A stretch of 64,000 nucleotides of DNA from an uncultured Actinobaculum sp. (GCA_938020505.1 CALIHR010000026.1:15138-79137); one strand, 5' to 3'. Numbered from the stretch's first letter, positions 52,245 through 62,324 are shown. Made by a program: numbers and translations. Notes: a model not told the origin generated them from the sequence alone.

Positions 52245-53393
52245 TCACTCTTGTGCTATTTGGATGGTTTGTTTGTCGGTGTTGAGGCAGTAGGCGGCTC
52301 CGGTGGCGGTGACCCAGCAGTCGATGCCGTGGGGGTGGCCGGAGATGCTGACGACGCGTCCGCGGGCGTCCAGGGGCGTGAGCGCAGCCGGGACGGTGCC
52401 GGTGGCGGGGTTGTAGGGGCCGGGCTCGACGTAGACGAGCCGGCCGGCGGCGGTCAGGGCGATCTTTCCCGACATGTCCTTGATCGCCGTGCTTGTGGCC
52501 AGGCGGGCCGGGCGCCGGGCGTAGGCGCCGTCGGGGGCGCGGATGCCTCCCCAGCAGTAGACCGAGGCGTCGTCTAGGGCCGCGCAGGATGTGGCGGTGC
52601 GCCGGTCGAAGAGTTTGGCCGCCGGGCGCGGCAGGGGGACTTTGACCACCGAGTGGGGGGCGTGGCGTCCGATGTCGGCCGCCACGCCGAGTTCGCCGCG
52701 GCGGTTGGTTCCCCAGCAGTAGACCGATCCGGATGCGCCCCGGGCGCAGCTTGACCCTTCGGAGGCGGTGACCTGGTCGACTGTCTCGGGCAAGGCCACC
52801 GGGCGCGAGTCTTCCGGGTAGACGTCGCCGGCAGGCGAACTGGTGTTGCCGGTGCTCTGGGCGTAGGAATTGCCCGCCCAACACCGCACCTGCCCCTCGA
52901 CAACCGCACACAAATGATCCCCCGCACCGGCAACGTCTGTCACTGCCTCCGGTGAGAAAATATAGGACAAGTGATTGTAATCCGCGTCTCTGGGGAGCTG
53001 TCGTCTGTCGTTGAGGCCGCCGCACTTGAGAGCGTCCACCATGTCGGTTGTGCAGATGTTGTAATTCGCGTAAAAAACAGCTTTAACCTTTTTGTTTAAA
53101 GGCTCTAAAGGAACAATGTTTCCAAGGCTGCGGTGATTGCCCTTTTTAAGATTGGGGAAAAAGCAGTAGACCTCTTGGCCTTTTGTTTTTAGACAAAGGT
53201 GATGTCTGCCTACCGACACCGATGCAAAGTCACTCCGATACGTGTTGAGAGGGGCCAGCTCGGGCGAGGCGCTCCTCGTTGAAGACGCCACAATGCACAC
53301 CACGAGGGCAAACGCTCGAAAGAAACGCTTGACGATCAGAAACTTACGGCTGGGCTGTTGGCTCGCAGATCTACTCGCTTTGACAGTCTTCAT
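52245..53393 (-). CDS. Secreted RCC1-repeat (seven-bladed beta-propeller-like) protein
   Basis: N-terminal signal-like segment KRFFRAFALVVCIVASS. Recurrent RCC1-blade signatures occur (HHLCLKTKGQEVYCF, DHLCAVVEGQVRCWAGNSYAQ, SCARGASGSVYCWGTNRRGELG, SCAALDDASVYCWGG, IDCWVTATGAAYC). The 5' third of the gene is AT-rich and the 3' two-thirds GC-rich. Confidence 0.7.
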   Translation of the reverse strand: MKTVKASRSASQQPSRKFLIVKRFFRAFALVVCIVASSTRSASPELAPLNTYRSDFASVSVGRHHLCLKTKGQEVYCFFPNLKKGNHRSLGNIVPLEPLNKKVKAVFYANYNICTTDMVDALKCGGLNDRRQLPRDADYNHLSYIFSPEAVTDVAGAGDHLCAVVEGQVRCWAGNSYAQSTGNTSSPAGDVYPEDSRPVALPETVDQVTASEGSSCARGASGSVYCWGTNRRGELGVAADIGRHAPHSVVKVPLPRPAAKLFDRRTATSCAALDDASVYCWGGIRAPDGAYARRPARLATSTAIKDMSGKIALTAAGRLVYVEPGPYNPATGTVPAALTPLDARGRVVSISGHPHGIDCWVTATGAAYCLNTDKQTIQIAQE

Positions 53394-53514
53394 TGGCGAA
53401 TCATCTCGTTTTCAGTGTCTGAAGGGACACAACATTGTTTTGCGCCGTTCGGCGCGCCCGTCAAGTGAACCGATAGCCGAAACAGAGTTGGAACGGCTCG
53501 CTTTGCGGGGCGCA

Positions 53515-55578
53515 TTAAGGCTTCCAATCTTTTTTCACGAAGTTAATGTACTGTTGTACGCGGGCGTCGTCCCCTGTGACGACACCAGTTTTGGGGTTGA
53601 TTCCAACCAACCAGTTGCCCTGCTCGTCCATAAAACGTCGATTGCTGTCGGTTACTTTTCTATTGAACTCGATGGCTTGATTCTTATAGCTAGTGTCGTG
53701 TTCGTTGACTATTATGCGAGTCATTGCTTTGACCTCTGCATTGTCGACGTTGGAACTCAACCTCGTTCTCCTTCTTAGGAGCCTTTCACATACTTTAATT
53801 TCATCTTCGTTGCTTTCTGACGAGGCGGGTCCATTGCCGCCCAGTTTCGCGTCTACGAGCATGCCCCCTATCTGGTCCTCAGGGAAAGAGCCTGCTCCTT
53901 GGGTTATAGTTTGCAAGCTTATAATGTTTAAATCGCTTAGCGATCCATCCTCCGTCACGTACAAGTCTGCAGCAAGTGATTCCGTGTCAATCGTATTGAA
54001 TATGTTGATATACTTAGTTTTAAGTATTTTTATTCCATATTTAATATCCTCTGAGGATAACGATCCTTTATTCTTTCGATAAGCTGCTTCTAAGTCCTTT
54101 TCAAATCCCCTCTTCAAAGAGTCTATGAGCGTCGACTTCGCTTTCTTGCTGAAAGCTATGTCTTTGAAGAAGTCGGAGTCCGCTTTATGCATGGACATTG
54201 CTAGGTTCTGAGTCAGCGCTAGATGGTAGTCGCCTTTCTTTCCTGAGCTTCCTTCTGTGGCACCCGCGACTCCTGTCGGACCACTCATTTCGCTGGCGAG
54301 GTCTGATCCGTATTCCTTGAGAATGTCTCCGGATTTCTCTCTCAGGCCACGATTGAAGTAGCCAAAACGGTCCTGCCCCTCGTGTTCGGCGTCCGATTGA
54401 GACAGCCCATCGGTGTAGCCTTGCAGAAACTCTCGAACTACATACGGCGACTGCGGTTGGCGGGTGTCCGAACTCGCTTCGTCGATGATCTCACCGAGAG
54501 CGTTTCCATAGTCCAAGTAGAACATTTCGTTTTCACTTTGATATGGAAGAACGCGTCTGTGTCCAACAAGGTAGCGGACTAAGCTCGTTGGTTGATCGAC
54601 AGTGTTTTTTACAGCAAACGGCGCTTCTGTCGCCAAAAAAGTGCGTGAGGCCGCGGCATTGCCGCCCATCCCGACTAACATGTTCTGGATTGGATCCCAC
54701 GTTTTTGTCAGCGGAGGGCGGTATTCCACATTTGGAGGGGCAAACGGGCCGGGATGCTTGTAGTCCCAGCTGACGATGTCATCCGCTATCGCGTGTTTTC
54801 CGTTGAGAAAAGCATCTCCCAATCCTAAGTGCGCGCAGCTTTTCGCGGCGTCGGCTATCATGCCGCTGATGAGATAATACCCGGGTTTTCCGGGCCCCTT
54901 GGCAGATGCCTCTTTCCCGTTCCAATAGCTCGGGCCTAACTTGTTCAATCCGTCCAGGTACCTTGCCCTTTGTTGTTTCAACGATGTGTCGAAGTCGTAT
55001 TTGATCTCGTCGAGTCCGGCGTTCCAGGCATTCCAAAGATTGCGGCCATCCGCGTCAAGACCGTTTCGAAGGCCTCCGGCGGTGAGTATGAGAGAGCTTC
55101 CAAGGATGGCGCGCACCTCTCTGGCGGAGTCCTCAGAGAAGTGACTGGTTGTGCTGGCAAGCGACGCCAGTCTCAGAGTGTTGTTCGCGCCAAACGTGAG
55201 CCCAAACGCATTGGCGAAGAAAGGATCCTTGGCCATTCTTTCGCCGTATGCAGTCTTGAAATAGTCGAGGTCCTTCTGTTCGATCTTGCTTTTCAGGCGA
55301 CCGTTGGTTGCCATGAAGACTTGGGTCGCCTTTTTGGCGTCGGCTCTGGCGGAGTCCCAACGGGCCTGGGCGGAAACGTCCCCGCTGTGACCGAGAGCGC
55401 GTGGACCGGAGACGTCTCGTTTGGTTGACATGGCGCAAGCCGATCCGCGGGTTGACGACGTCCCGGCAGAGCCGGTTTGACGGCTTTCAGACGGCGCGCA
55501 TCCCGAGACGGCGACGAACAAGGACAGCAAGAAAGCCACGAGTGACCTGCTGTTTCTGAGAGGTTTTCGCGAGTTCAT
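53515..55578 (-). CDS. Large (687 aa) lipoprotein of unknown function, encoded in a compositionally atypical (AT-rich) segment
   Basis: Signal peptide with lipobox VAVSGC. No family recognised. Some stretches are below about 40 % GC, in a genome that is roughly 65-68 % GC. Confidence 0.7.
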   Translation of the reverse strand: MNSRKPLRNSRSLVAFLLSLFVAVSGCAPSESRQTGSAGTSSTRGSACAMSTKRDVSGPRALGHSGDVSAQARWDSARADAKKATQVFMATNGRLKSKIEQKDLDYFKTAYGERMAKDPFFANAFGLTFGANNTLRLASLASTTSHFSEDSAREVRAILGSSLILTAGGLRNGLDADGRNLWNAWNAGLDEIKYDFDTSLKQQRARYLDGLNKLGPSYWNGKEASAKGPGKPGYYLISGMIADAAKSCAHLGLGDAFLNGKHAIADDIVSWDYKHPGPFAPPNVEYRPPLTKTWDPIQNMLVGMGGNAAASRTFLATEAPFAVKNTVDQPTSLVRYLVGHRRVLPYQSENEMFYLDYGNALGEIIDEASSDTRQPQSPYVVREFLQGYTDGLSQSDAEHEGQDRFGYFNRGLREKSGDILKEYGSDLASEMSGPTGVAGATEGSSGKKGDYHLALTQNLAMSMHKADSDFFKDIAFSKKAKSTLIDSLKRGFEKDLEAAYRKNKGSLSSEDIKYGIKILKTKYINIFNTIDTESLAADLYVTEDGSLSDLNIISLQTITQGAGSFPEDQIGGMLVDAKLGGNGPASSESNEDEIKVCERLLRRRTRLSSNVDNAEVKAMTRIIVNEHDTSYKNQAIEFNRKVTDSNRRFMDEQGNWLVGINPKTGVVTGDDARVQQYINFVKKDWKP

Positions 55579-56076
55579 GAGAGTTTCCCACCGGGTGCTG
55601 AAACGCGGAGCTTCTCGGACTCCAACCGTTCTTGCCTGGCCCGTTCACGTACTGCGCGACTTGACGAGAGCTCCGGTGCGGGGGCGCCGCAAAGCCCCGT
55701 TGCCGCGATTCTCGCCCTTACGCGGCCAAAACTGAGATCGCCCATGCGCGCTTCCTTCCAGAAGTTTGACGTGATATGCAAACCTTAGCACTGCACGAAC
55801 GCTCCCGCAGGCTGTTTCAACATGTGAGCCGCCGGCTCAGGCGGCCTGCCTGAGCTGCGCAAAAGCAGAGCGGCACATTAGAAAGGAATCCGACGTCCCT
55901 ACGGAATCGGACATGGTTGAGTCATCAAACATGGCTTGAGGCTGCCCGTTTCAGGCAGCGGCTTGTAGGCTCGGGGTCTGAAAACAACGGCGCCCCAGCC
56001 GTTGGGCGGGGGCGCCGTGCCGAAAAATTGCCTTGGCCGGGGAACAGGATTGCCTTGGCTGAAGGGCGGGAGCGCC

Positions 56077-57831
56077 TCAGTCGGAGAGCTTGAGTCCGCG
56101 GAAGCGGTTGAGCGCCGCTCCGGCGTCGACCCTTCGCGGCCGCACAAGGAAGGCCGGATACTCGCGAGCCCCGAAACGCCTCAAAGTGTCCAGCCCGCCG
56201 CTCGTGAGCATGCGCTCGACCTGATCGAGGGCTTCGCCGACGGTGAGCTCTCCGTAGCAGACGTGCTCCAGCATGCCTCGCACGATCCAGGCGATCGCTT
56301 CGCTTTGGCCGCTTTCAACGATCTGCTCGACGTCGGCGAGGCTGATCGTCTGGTTGTCGAGGATGATGCCGTCCGTCCCGGCGGCCTTCGTCTTCGGGCG
56401 GTCGTTTTGCACATTCTCGGGGAGCGGGCAGCGCTTGGACTCGGAGAGGGGCCAAGGCTCGTCCGTTCGCTTGCGAGGCTGCTCTTCGACCACCTTGCGC
56501 GCCCTGTCGGTCACGTCGTAGCACTTGTAAGTGTCGAGCATGATGACCCTGTCCGCGGCGTCCAGGTAATCGCCGGTTCCGCCGGTGATGATGAGGGTCG
56601 AGACGCCGCCGGTGTCGGCCAGCGCGCGAATGCGATCGACCAGGGGGGTGATGGGCTCGGATTCCACGAGCGTGCGCATGCGGGAGTCGCGCATGAGCAG
56701 GTTCGACGCCGAGGAGTCTTCGTCGATGAGCAGCAGGCGGGTGCCGAGCTCGATGGCCTCCATGATCGAGGCCGCCTGGGAGGTTGAGCCGGAGGCGTTC
56801 TCCGTGGTGAAGCGAGCGGTGTCGGCTCCGCCGGGGAGCTCGGTGATGAGCGGGGAGACGTCGACTCCGGTGACGGCGCGTCCGTCGGCCGCCCGAACCT
56901 TCACCGCGTCGGCGACGGTCGCGACCAATTCGCGCCCGTCGCCGGGGATGTGGGCGTAGACGCCGCGCTGAAGAGCGTTGAGCAACGTCGATTTGCCGTG
57001 GTAGCCGCCGCCGACGATGACCATCACACCGGGTTCGATCGCCATTCCCTTGACGAGGCCGGCGTGGGGGAGTGTGACTTCGCGCCGCAGCGATTCGGGC
57101 GACTCAAAGGCGACGGCGTCCTCCATCGGAAGCTGGGAAACGCCGGAAAGGCGAGCCAGCATCGACCCGTCGGCCACAAAGGCAATCCACCCGTTGTCGG
57201 CCAAAGCTTTTTGCAGCGCGTGGTAATCCTCGTAGGCGTGGACATGGGCGCGCATCGCCTCCAGATCGTCCGCGGCCTCAGAGGACGTGAAGTCGAGGGT
57301 GTTGACGATGGCGTCGGGCACGTCGCGGTCGAAAATCTCGGCCGCCGTGCGCCCCAAGATCATCCTGCCCCGCGCCGGCATCTGCACCTGGAATCGCAGC
57401 TCGATTCGGTCCGCGGACACGGAGCAAGCCGAACGCTCGAGTATTTCCTGGCCGGTCCTGGCGATCTGCACGGCGCCGCGGCCGTGGCTCTGGATCTCGC
57501 GGTCAAAAGTCCTAATGAGGAAGTCGGCGACGGCGATGCGCTGCTCGCGCGTTTCAATGAGGCTCGTGGGAAGCCCCATCTTCTCCGGCGTCGACTGAAC
57601 TCTTAGAAGCGACGGCGGCGCAAACGGGTCGGCCTGGATCCGGTCGATCATGACCTGGAAAGTGCCGTAGTCCCAATCTCCGATGACGGTCTTGTATGCA
57701 CCGTATGTTTTGCCATCGAGTTGCTCCAAGGAGCTGAGAAGGTCCGCGTCAGTTCCGGTGCGACGAGCGGGCGGCTCGTCGTAACGGCGGGTATTCGGAC
57801 GAGGACGTTGGAAATCCGAGCGAGAGCGCAT
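56077..57831 (-). CDS. P-loop NTPase of the 'predicted ATPase of the ABC class' type (COG3044-like), stand-alone
   Basis: Walker A GGGYHGKSTLLNAL and Walker B-like LLLIDEDSSASNL within a ~560-aa soluble protein. The start is uncertain. Confidence 0.65.
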   Translation of the reverse strand: MRSRSDFQRPRPNTRRYDEPPARRTGTDADLLSSLEQLDGKTYGAYKTVIGDWDYGTFQVMIDRIQADPFAPPSLLRVQSTPEKMGLPTSLIETREQRIAVADFLIRTFDREIQSHGRGAVQIARTGQEILERSACSVSADRIELRFQVQMPARGRMILGRTAAEIFDRDVPDAIVNTLDFTSSEAADDLEAMRAHVHAYEDYHALQKALADNGWIAFVADGSMLARLSGVSQLPMEDAVAFESPESLRREVTLPHAGLVKGMAIEPGVMVIVGGGYHGKSTLLNALQRGVYAHIPGDGRELVATVADAVKVRAADGRAVTGVDVSPLITELPGGADTARFTTENASGSTSQAASIMEAIELGTRLLLIDEDSSASNLLMRDSRMRTLVESEPITPLVDRIRALADTGGVSTLIITGGTGDYLDAADRVIMLDTYKCYDVTDRARKVVEEQPRKRTDEPWPLSESKRCPLPENVQNDRPKTKAAGTDGIILDNQTISLADVEQIVESGQSEAIAWIVRGMLEHVCYGELTVGEALDQVERMLTSGGLDTLRRFGAREYPAFLVRPRRVDAGAALNRFRGLKLSD

Positions 57832-58056
57832 AAAACCTAGCTTAAGCTACTAAACCTTTAGACGGTTACGACGACGGGATTAGAAAACCAATCCCAGGAT
57901 GAATACGTCGCCATCTTACGGGAAGAACTCACCACGTTCAACCATCGAACGTTCCGCATGTCGTATGGGTCTTCCTATACCGAAGTAAGGAAACCGTTGG
58001 CGTTCCGCAAGTAAAAGGCCAATCTCCTAGATACTGGAACGAATGCAAACTCGGCT

Positions 58057-58095
58057 AAAAGGTGAGCGATGTCTGTGAGTTTCCGCTCACCTTTT
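58057..58095. terminator. Perfect bidirectional intrinsic terminator (A-tract / hairpin / T-tract) between ackA and the ABC-class ATPase gene
   Basis: aaaaggtgagcg-atgtctgtgagtttc-cgctcacctttt. Confidence 0.65.
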
Positions 58096-58301
58096 AGCCG
58101 TGATTTGCCGTTAGGCGGAGAGCCCCCTTTGCCGAACCCCGCCTTTCGGCGGCCTTTTGCCTTCCGACGGCGCAACTCGCTTTCGCGCTGCGACTCGCGT
58201 TTCGACCGGGACCTGCCTTCTGGCTCCGACCGACCTTCTGGCTCCGGCTTGGCTTGTCGCTGCTCCGACTTGGTTTCAGGCTTCGGTTTGGCTTGTGGCG
58301 G

Positions 58302-59480
58302 TCATTCGACCAGGCTCATCGCCTGGCGGGCGATGGCGAGCTCCTCGTTCGTGGGGACGACGAGCACCGCGACCGTCGAGTCGGGGGTTGAGAGGATTCG
58401 AGGCTCCTTCGAGCGGGCGGCGTTCAGGTCGGCGTTGATTCTCACGCCGAAGCCCGCGAGCCTGCCTATGACGTCGGCCCTCAGGTCGGCGTCGTTCTCG
58501 CCCGCCCCCGCCGTGAAGGTTATCGCGTCGAGGCCTCCCATGACGGCGGCGTACGCGCCGATGTACTTGACGATTCGATGCGCGTAAACCGCCAGCGCCT
58601 CGATCGCGTTCTCGTCTCCCTCAGCCGCAAGGGTGCGCACCGCGCGCATGTCGTTTTGCCCCGTCAGGCCCTTCAGGCCGGAGCCGCGGTTGAAGAGGGC
58701 GTCGAGCTCGTCGATGTCCATGCCCGCTGTGCGCGCAAGGTGGAAGACGACCGCGGGGTCGATGTCGCCGGTGCGGGTTCCCATGACGAGGCCCTCAAGC
58801 GGCGTGAGCCCCATCGACGTCTCCACCGCCGAGCAGTTGACGACCGCCGAGACCGAGGCGCCGTTGCCGATGTGCAGCACGATCTGCCGAAGGTCGTCGC
58901 GTCCGAGGATCTCGGAGACCCGGCCGGAGACGTACTGATGCGACGTCCCGTGGGCGCCGTAGCGGCGAATCTCATATTTCTCCGCGATTTCGCGGTCGAT
59001 GGCGTACGTCGCCGCCTCGCCAGGAAGGGACTGGAAGAAGGCGGTGTCGAAGACGACGACGTGGGGGACGTCCGGCAATAGACGGCGGGCCACCCTGATG
59101 CCGATGAGGTGGGCGGGGTTGTGAAGCGGGCCGAGCGGACACAGCTGCTCGATCCGCGCTTCGACGGCGTCGTCGACCAGGGCCGGGCCGTCGAAGTACT
59201 TTCCGCCCTGGACCACGCGGTGGCCGATGGCCTTGATCGATCCGTCCGTCAGCGACGGGCCGATCTCCTCAAACAGGCTGAGAACGGTTTCCATTCCCAC
59301 CGTGTGATCGGGAACGGGGCCTTCGATCTCGCGGCTCTTTTCGCCGTACTCGTGCTTAATGTGGCCGGTCTCCTCGCCGATGCGCTCGACGAGCCCCGAG
59401 GCGATCTCCTCACCCGAGCTGGGGTTGATCAGCTTGTACTTGATCGACGAGCTGCCGGAGTTGATGACGAGAACTGACAT
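58302..59480 (-). CDS. ackA: Acetate kinase
   Basis: VLVINSGSSSIKY N-terminus and the conserved AckA core. Confidence 0.95.
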   Translation of the reverse strand: MSVLVINSGSSSIKYKLINPSSGEEIASGLVERIGEETGHIKHEYGEKSREIEGPVPDHTVGMETVLSLFEEIGPSLTDGSIKAIGHRVVQGGKYFDGPALVDDAVEARIEQLCPLGPLHNPAHLIGIRVARRLLPDVPHVVVFDTAFFQSLPGEAATYAIDREIAEKYEIRRYGAHGTSHQYVSGRVSEILGRDDLRQIVLHIGNGASVSAVVNCSAVETSMGLTPLEGLVMGTRTGDIDPAVVFHLARTAGMDIDELDALFNRGSGLKGLTGQNDMRAVRTLAAEGDENAIEALAVYAHRIVKYIGAYAAVMGGLDAITFTAGAGENDADLRADVIGRLAGFGVRINADLNAARSKEPRILSTPDSTVAVLVVPTNEELAIARQAMSLVE

Positions 59481-59552
59481 GATGTCCTTACCTGTTTTGC
59501 TTAGGGTTGTTGAGTTTGGGCGATTTGCCGGGCCGGGCTCGCGCCGCTCGGC

Positions 59553-61205
59553 TTAGACGGATTGCCCGGCCTGGGCGGATTGCTGAGCCTGGACGGCCGT
59601 GATTGCGATGGTGTTGACGATGTCCTCGACCAGCGCGCCCCGCGAGAGGTCGTTGACGGGTTTGTTCAGCCCCTGCAGCACCGGGCCCACGGCTATGGCG
59701 CCCGACGTCCGCTGGACCGCCTTGTACCCGATGTTTCCCGCGTTGAGGCTGGGGAAGACAAAGACCGTCGCCCGGCCGGCCACGGGCGAGTTCGGGAGCT
59801 TCTTGGCCGCCGCGGCGGCGTCGACGGCGGCGTCGTACTGGATCGGCCCCTCGATGAGGAGGTCGGGGTTGAGCTCGCGGGCCAGGCGAGTCGCTTCGAC
59901 GACGGCGTCGACGTCGGGGCCCTTGCCCGAATCCCCCGTGGAGTAGGAGAGCATGGCCACCTTCGGGTCCACCCCGAACTCTTCGGCGGTCTTGGCCGAC
60001 GAGACGGCGATGTTCGCCAGCTGCTCCGGGGTCGGATTCGTGTTGACCGCGCAGTCGCCGTAGGCGTGGACGCGGTCGGCCATGAGCATGAGGAACACGG
60101 AAGAGACGATCGAGGTTCCCGGCTTCGTCTTGATGATTTGGAACGAGGGGACAATTGTGTGAGCCGTCGTATGGGCGGCCCCCGAGACCATTCCGTCGGC
60201 GTCGTTCATGTGCACCATCATCGTGCCGAAATAGGAGACGTCCTTGACCGTTTCGAGCGCCTGCTCGTAGGCAACGCCCTTCTTGGCGCGGAGGCGGGCA
60301 AACTCGGTTGCGTACTTGTCCAGCAGCTCTGGATCGTTTGTGGAGACGATTCTTGCGCCGCCCAGGTCGAGGCCGAGCTCCGCCGCGCGCGCATCGACCT
60401 CCTCCTTCTCGCCCAGAATCACGATGTCTGCGATTTCGCGTTCGAGGCATTCGGCTGCGGCGTAGAGGATGCGATCGTCCTCGGATTCGGGAAGGACGAT
60501 GCGCTGTCGGTTCGAGCGCGCTTTCTCGACGAGGGCGAATGTAAAGCTCAGGGGCGTGACGACGTCGGAGCCTTTGGCGATGGCTTCCAGGAGAACGTCT
60601 GCAGCCTCGGGCGTGAGCGTGGGGTCGGCCGCGTCCGGGATGAGAACCACTGGCGAGTCTTTGTAGTCGCTCAAGGCCTGCCGAACTTCGTCGGAGGCGC
60701 CCACCACGACCGTGGCGGCGATGGGCGCGTGCTCTTTTGTGACTTCCGCGGCGGCGAGCGTCGTGACCGCTGCGACCTGTTTGCCCGTGCGCTTGTCGCC
60801 CGAAACGAGCATGACGAGCGAGCAGCCGAGGTGGGCGGCCGCCCGGCCCGCGCGGTCAAGCGAGCCGGGAAGGACCGGGTCTCCCTCGAGGAGGCCCACG
60901 ACGAGGACCGCGTCGAAGTCCCTGGCGTAGTCGCTGTAACGCCGGAGGATCGCGTTCATCGCGTCTTCTTCGTCGACGACGTAGCTTGCGCGCGTCGTCC
61001 CCCAGGCTCGCTCGGCGTCCTCACTCCGCCCGATGGACTGAAGGAGGCCGAGGAAAGCGGCGTCCTCTTCAATGGGGCCGTTTGTGAAGGATCGGAACAC
61101 TCCGACCCTGTCGTAAACCGAACCCAGCGCCTTGAGGTACTCCTTTGCTGCCTCTTGGGTGGGACAATTGGTTTCCGCAGCTGTAAAGTAGACGGTGTAT
61201 GCCAC
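59553..61205 (-). CDS. pta: Phosphate acetyltransferase, long form (N-terminal DRTGG/AAA-like domain plus C-terminal PTA domain)
   Basis: GTG start with GGAAGGAA ribosome-binding site (IVAYTVYF). The C-terminal domain has SGAAHTTAHTIVPSFQIIKTKPG and VFVFPSLNAGNIGYK. The 5' part of the ORF upstream of the GTG is probably not coding. Confidence 0.85.
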   Translation of the reverse strand: MAYTVYFTAAETNCPTQEAAKEYLKALGSVYDRVGVFRSFTNGPIEEDAAFLGLLQSIGRSEDAERAWGTTRASYVVDEEDAMNAILRRYSDYARDFDAVLVVGLLEGDPVLPGSLDRAGRAAAHLGCSLVMLVSGDKRTGKQVAAVTTLAAAEVTKEHAPIAATVVVGASDEVRQALSDYKDSPVVLIPDAADPTLTPEAADVLLEAIAKGSDVVTPLSFTFALVEKARSNRQRIVLPESEDDRILYAAAECLEREIADIVILGEKEEVDARAAELGLDLGGARIVSTNDPELLDKYATEFARLRAKKGVAYEQALETVKDVSYFGTMMVHMNDADGMVSGAAHTTAHTIVPSFQIIKTKPGTSIVSSVFLMLMADRVHAYGDCAVNTNPTPEQLANIAVSSAKTAEEFGVDPKVAMLSYSTGDSGKGPDVDAVVEATRLARELNPDLLIEGPIQYDAAVDAAAAAKKLPNSPVAGRATVFVFPSLNAGNIGYKAVQRTSGAIAVGPVLQGLNKPVNDLSRGALVEDIVNTIAITAVQAQQSAQAGQSV

Positions 61206-61400
61206 GATGCAATTCCTTCCGTTCCGGCAGTGTGCTGGCCGGTGTCTTTTGCCGTGACGATTGTCCCACATCGACAGAGTGTGCCGCCGCCGGAGCCGGA
61301 CATTGGATCGTGAGGCTGAGCACGTTGCTTTCAAAGGGAGGAAAAGTTCACCGCAATTGATGTGCATGTGTATGCAAGTTCGAGCTACTCTGGAAGGGTG

Positions 61401-62324
61401 ATGGACCAGGCGGCGGGCTCTGCTTCTGCTCGGGGCGCCGCGCGCACAAGCTGCTTCCCGAGGGGCGGGCCCACCCGAGACGGCTTGCGGTCCACGGCGA
61501 TTTGCGCCGAAGGCGGCTCCGCTTGGGAGGCCGTCGTCCGAGCGTTCCCGCGCCTGCCCGAGGAGAGCGTCGCATCGGCTTTCTCGGCGGGCGACGTCGT
61601 CGACGCCGACGCGAACCCTCTGGCTCCGCAGCAATCCGTCAAGCGCGGTTCAAACCTTTTCGTTTTCCGGCCGATCCCCGACGAGCCCGACGCGCCGCTC
61701 GAACTCGACGTCGTCGGCGGGACCGATCGTTGGATCGCAGTCGACAAACCGGCCGGCATGGCGACCATGCCCCGCGGCAAACACGTGGCCCAGACCGTCA
61801 TCGTCGCCGCGCGGCGCCAATTCGCCAATCCTGAGATCGTCGCGGCGCACAGGCTCGACGCCGCCACGCGGGGCGTGCTGCTTCTGACGTCGGGCAAGCG
61901 GTGGCGCGCTCCCTACCAAACGCTGTTCGAGCGGCGCGAGGTGAGAAAGACGTACCTGGCCGTCGCCCCGGCCGACGACCGTTTCGTCGAGGCTCAGACG
62001 GTCGCGTTGGCCCTCGCCAAGCCCCGCGGATCGTTGACGGCGCTGGTCGTCGAGGGACAGCCGAATGCGACTACGACTGTGCGGTTGGCCGGCGAGCGCC
62101 AAGGGCTGGGGCTGTATGAAATCGAGCCGAAAACCGGCCGCACGCATCAGATACGCGTCACGATGAGCCACCTCGGAATTCCGATTGTGGGCGATTGGCT
62201 GTACCCCGAGGTGCGCGACGGCGGGGATTTGCAGCTTCTGGCCGCGCGGCTGGAGTTCGTCGATCCGGTGAGCGGATCGGAGGTCGCGTTGAAATCCGCC
62301 CAGGCTCTCGATCGCTGGGAATGA
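61401..62324 (+). CDS. RluA family pseudouridine synthase
   Basis: Motif II AHRLDAATRGVLLLTSG with the catalytic Asp, plus GRTHQIRVTMSHLGIPIVGD. ATG with GGAAGGGTG ribosome-binding site. Confidence 0.8.
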   Translation: MDQAAGSASARGAARTSCFPRGGPTRDGLRSTAICAEGGSAWEAVVRAFPRLPEESVASAFSAGDVVDADANPLAPQQSVKRGSNLFVFRPIPDEPDAPLELDVVGGTDRWIAVDKPAGMATMPRGKHVAQTVIVAARRQFANPEIVAAHRLDAATRGVLLLTSGKRWRAPYQTLFERREVRKTYLAVAPADDRFVEAQTVALALAKPRGSLTALVVEGQPNATTTVRLAGERQGLGLYEIEPKTGRTHQIRVTMSHLGIPIVGDWLYPEVRDGGDLQLLAARLEFVDPVSGSEVALKSAQALDRWE

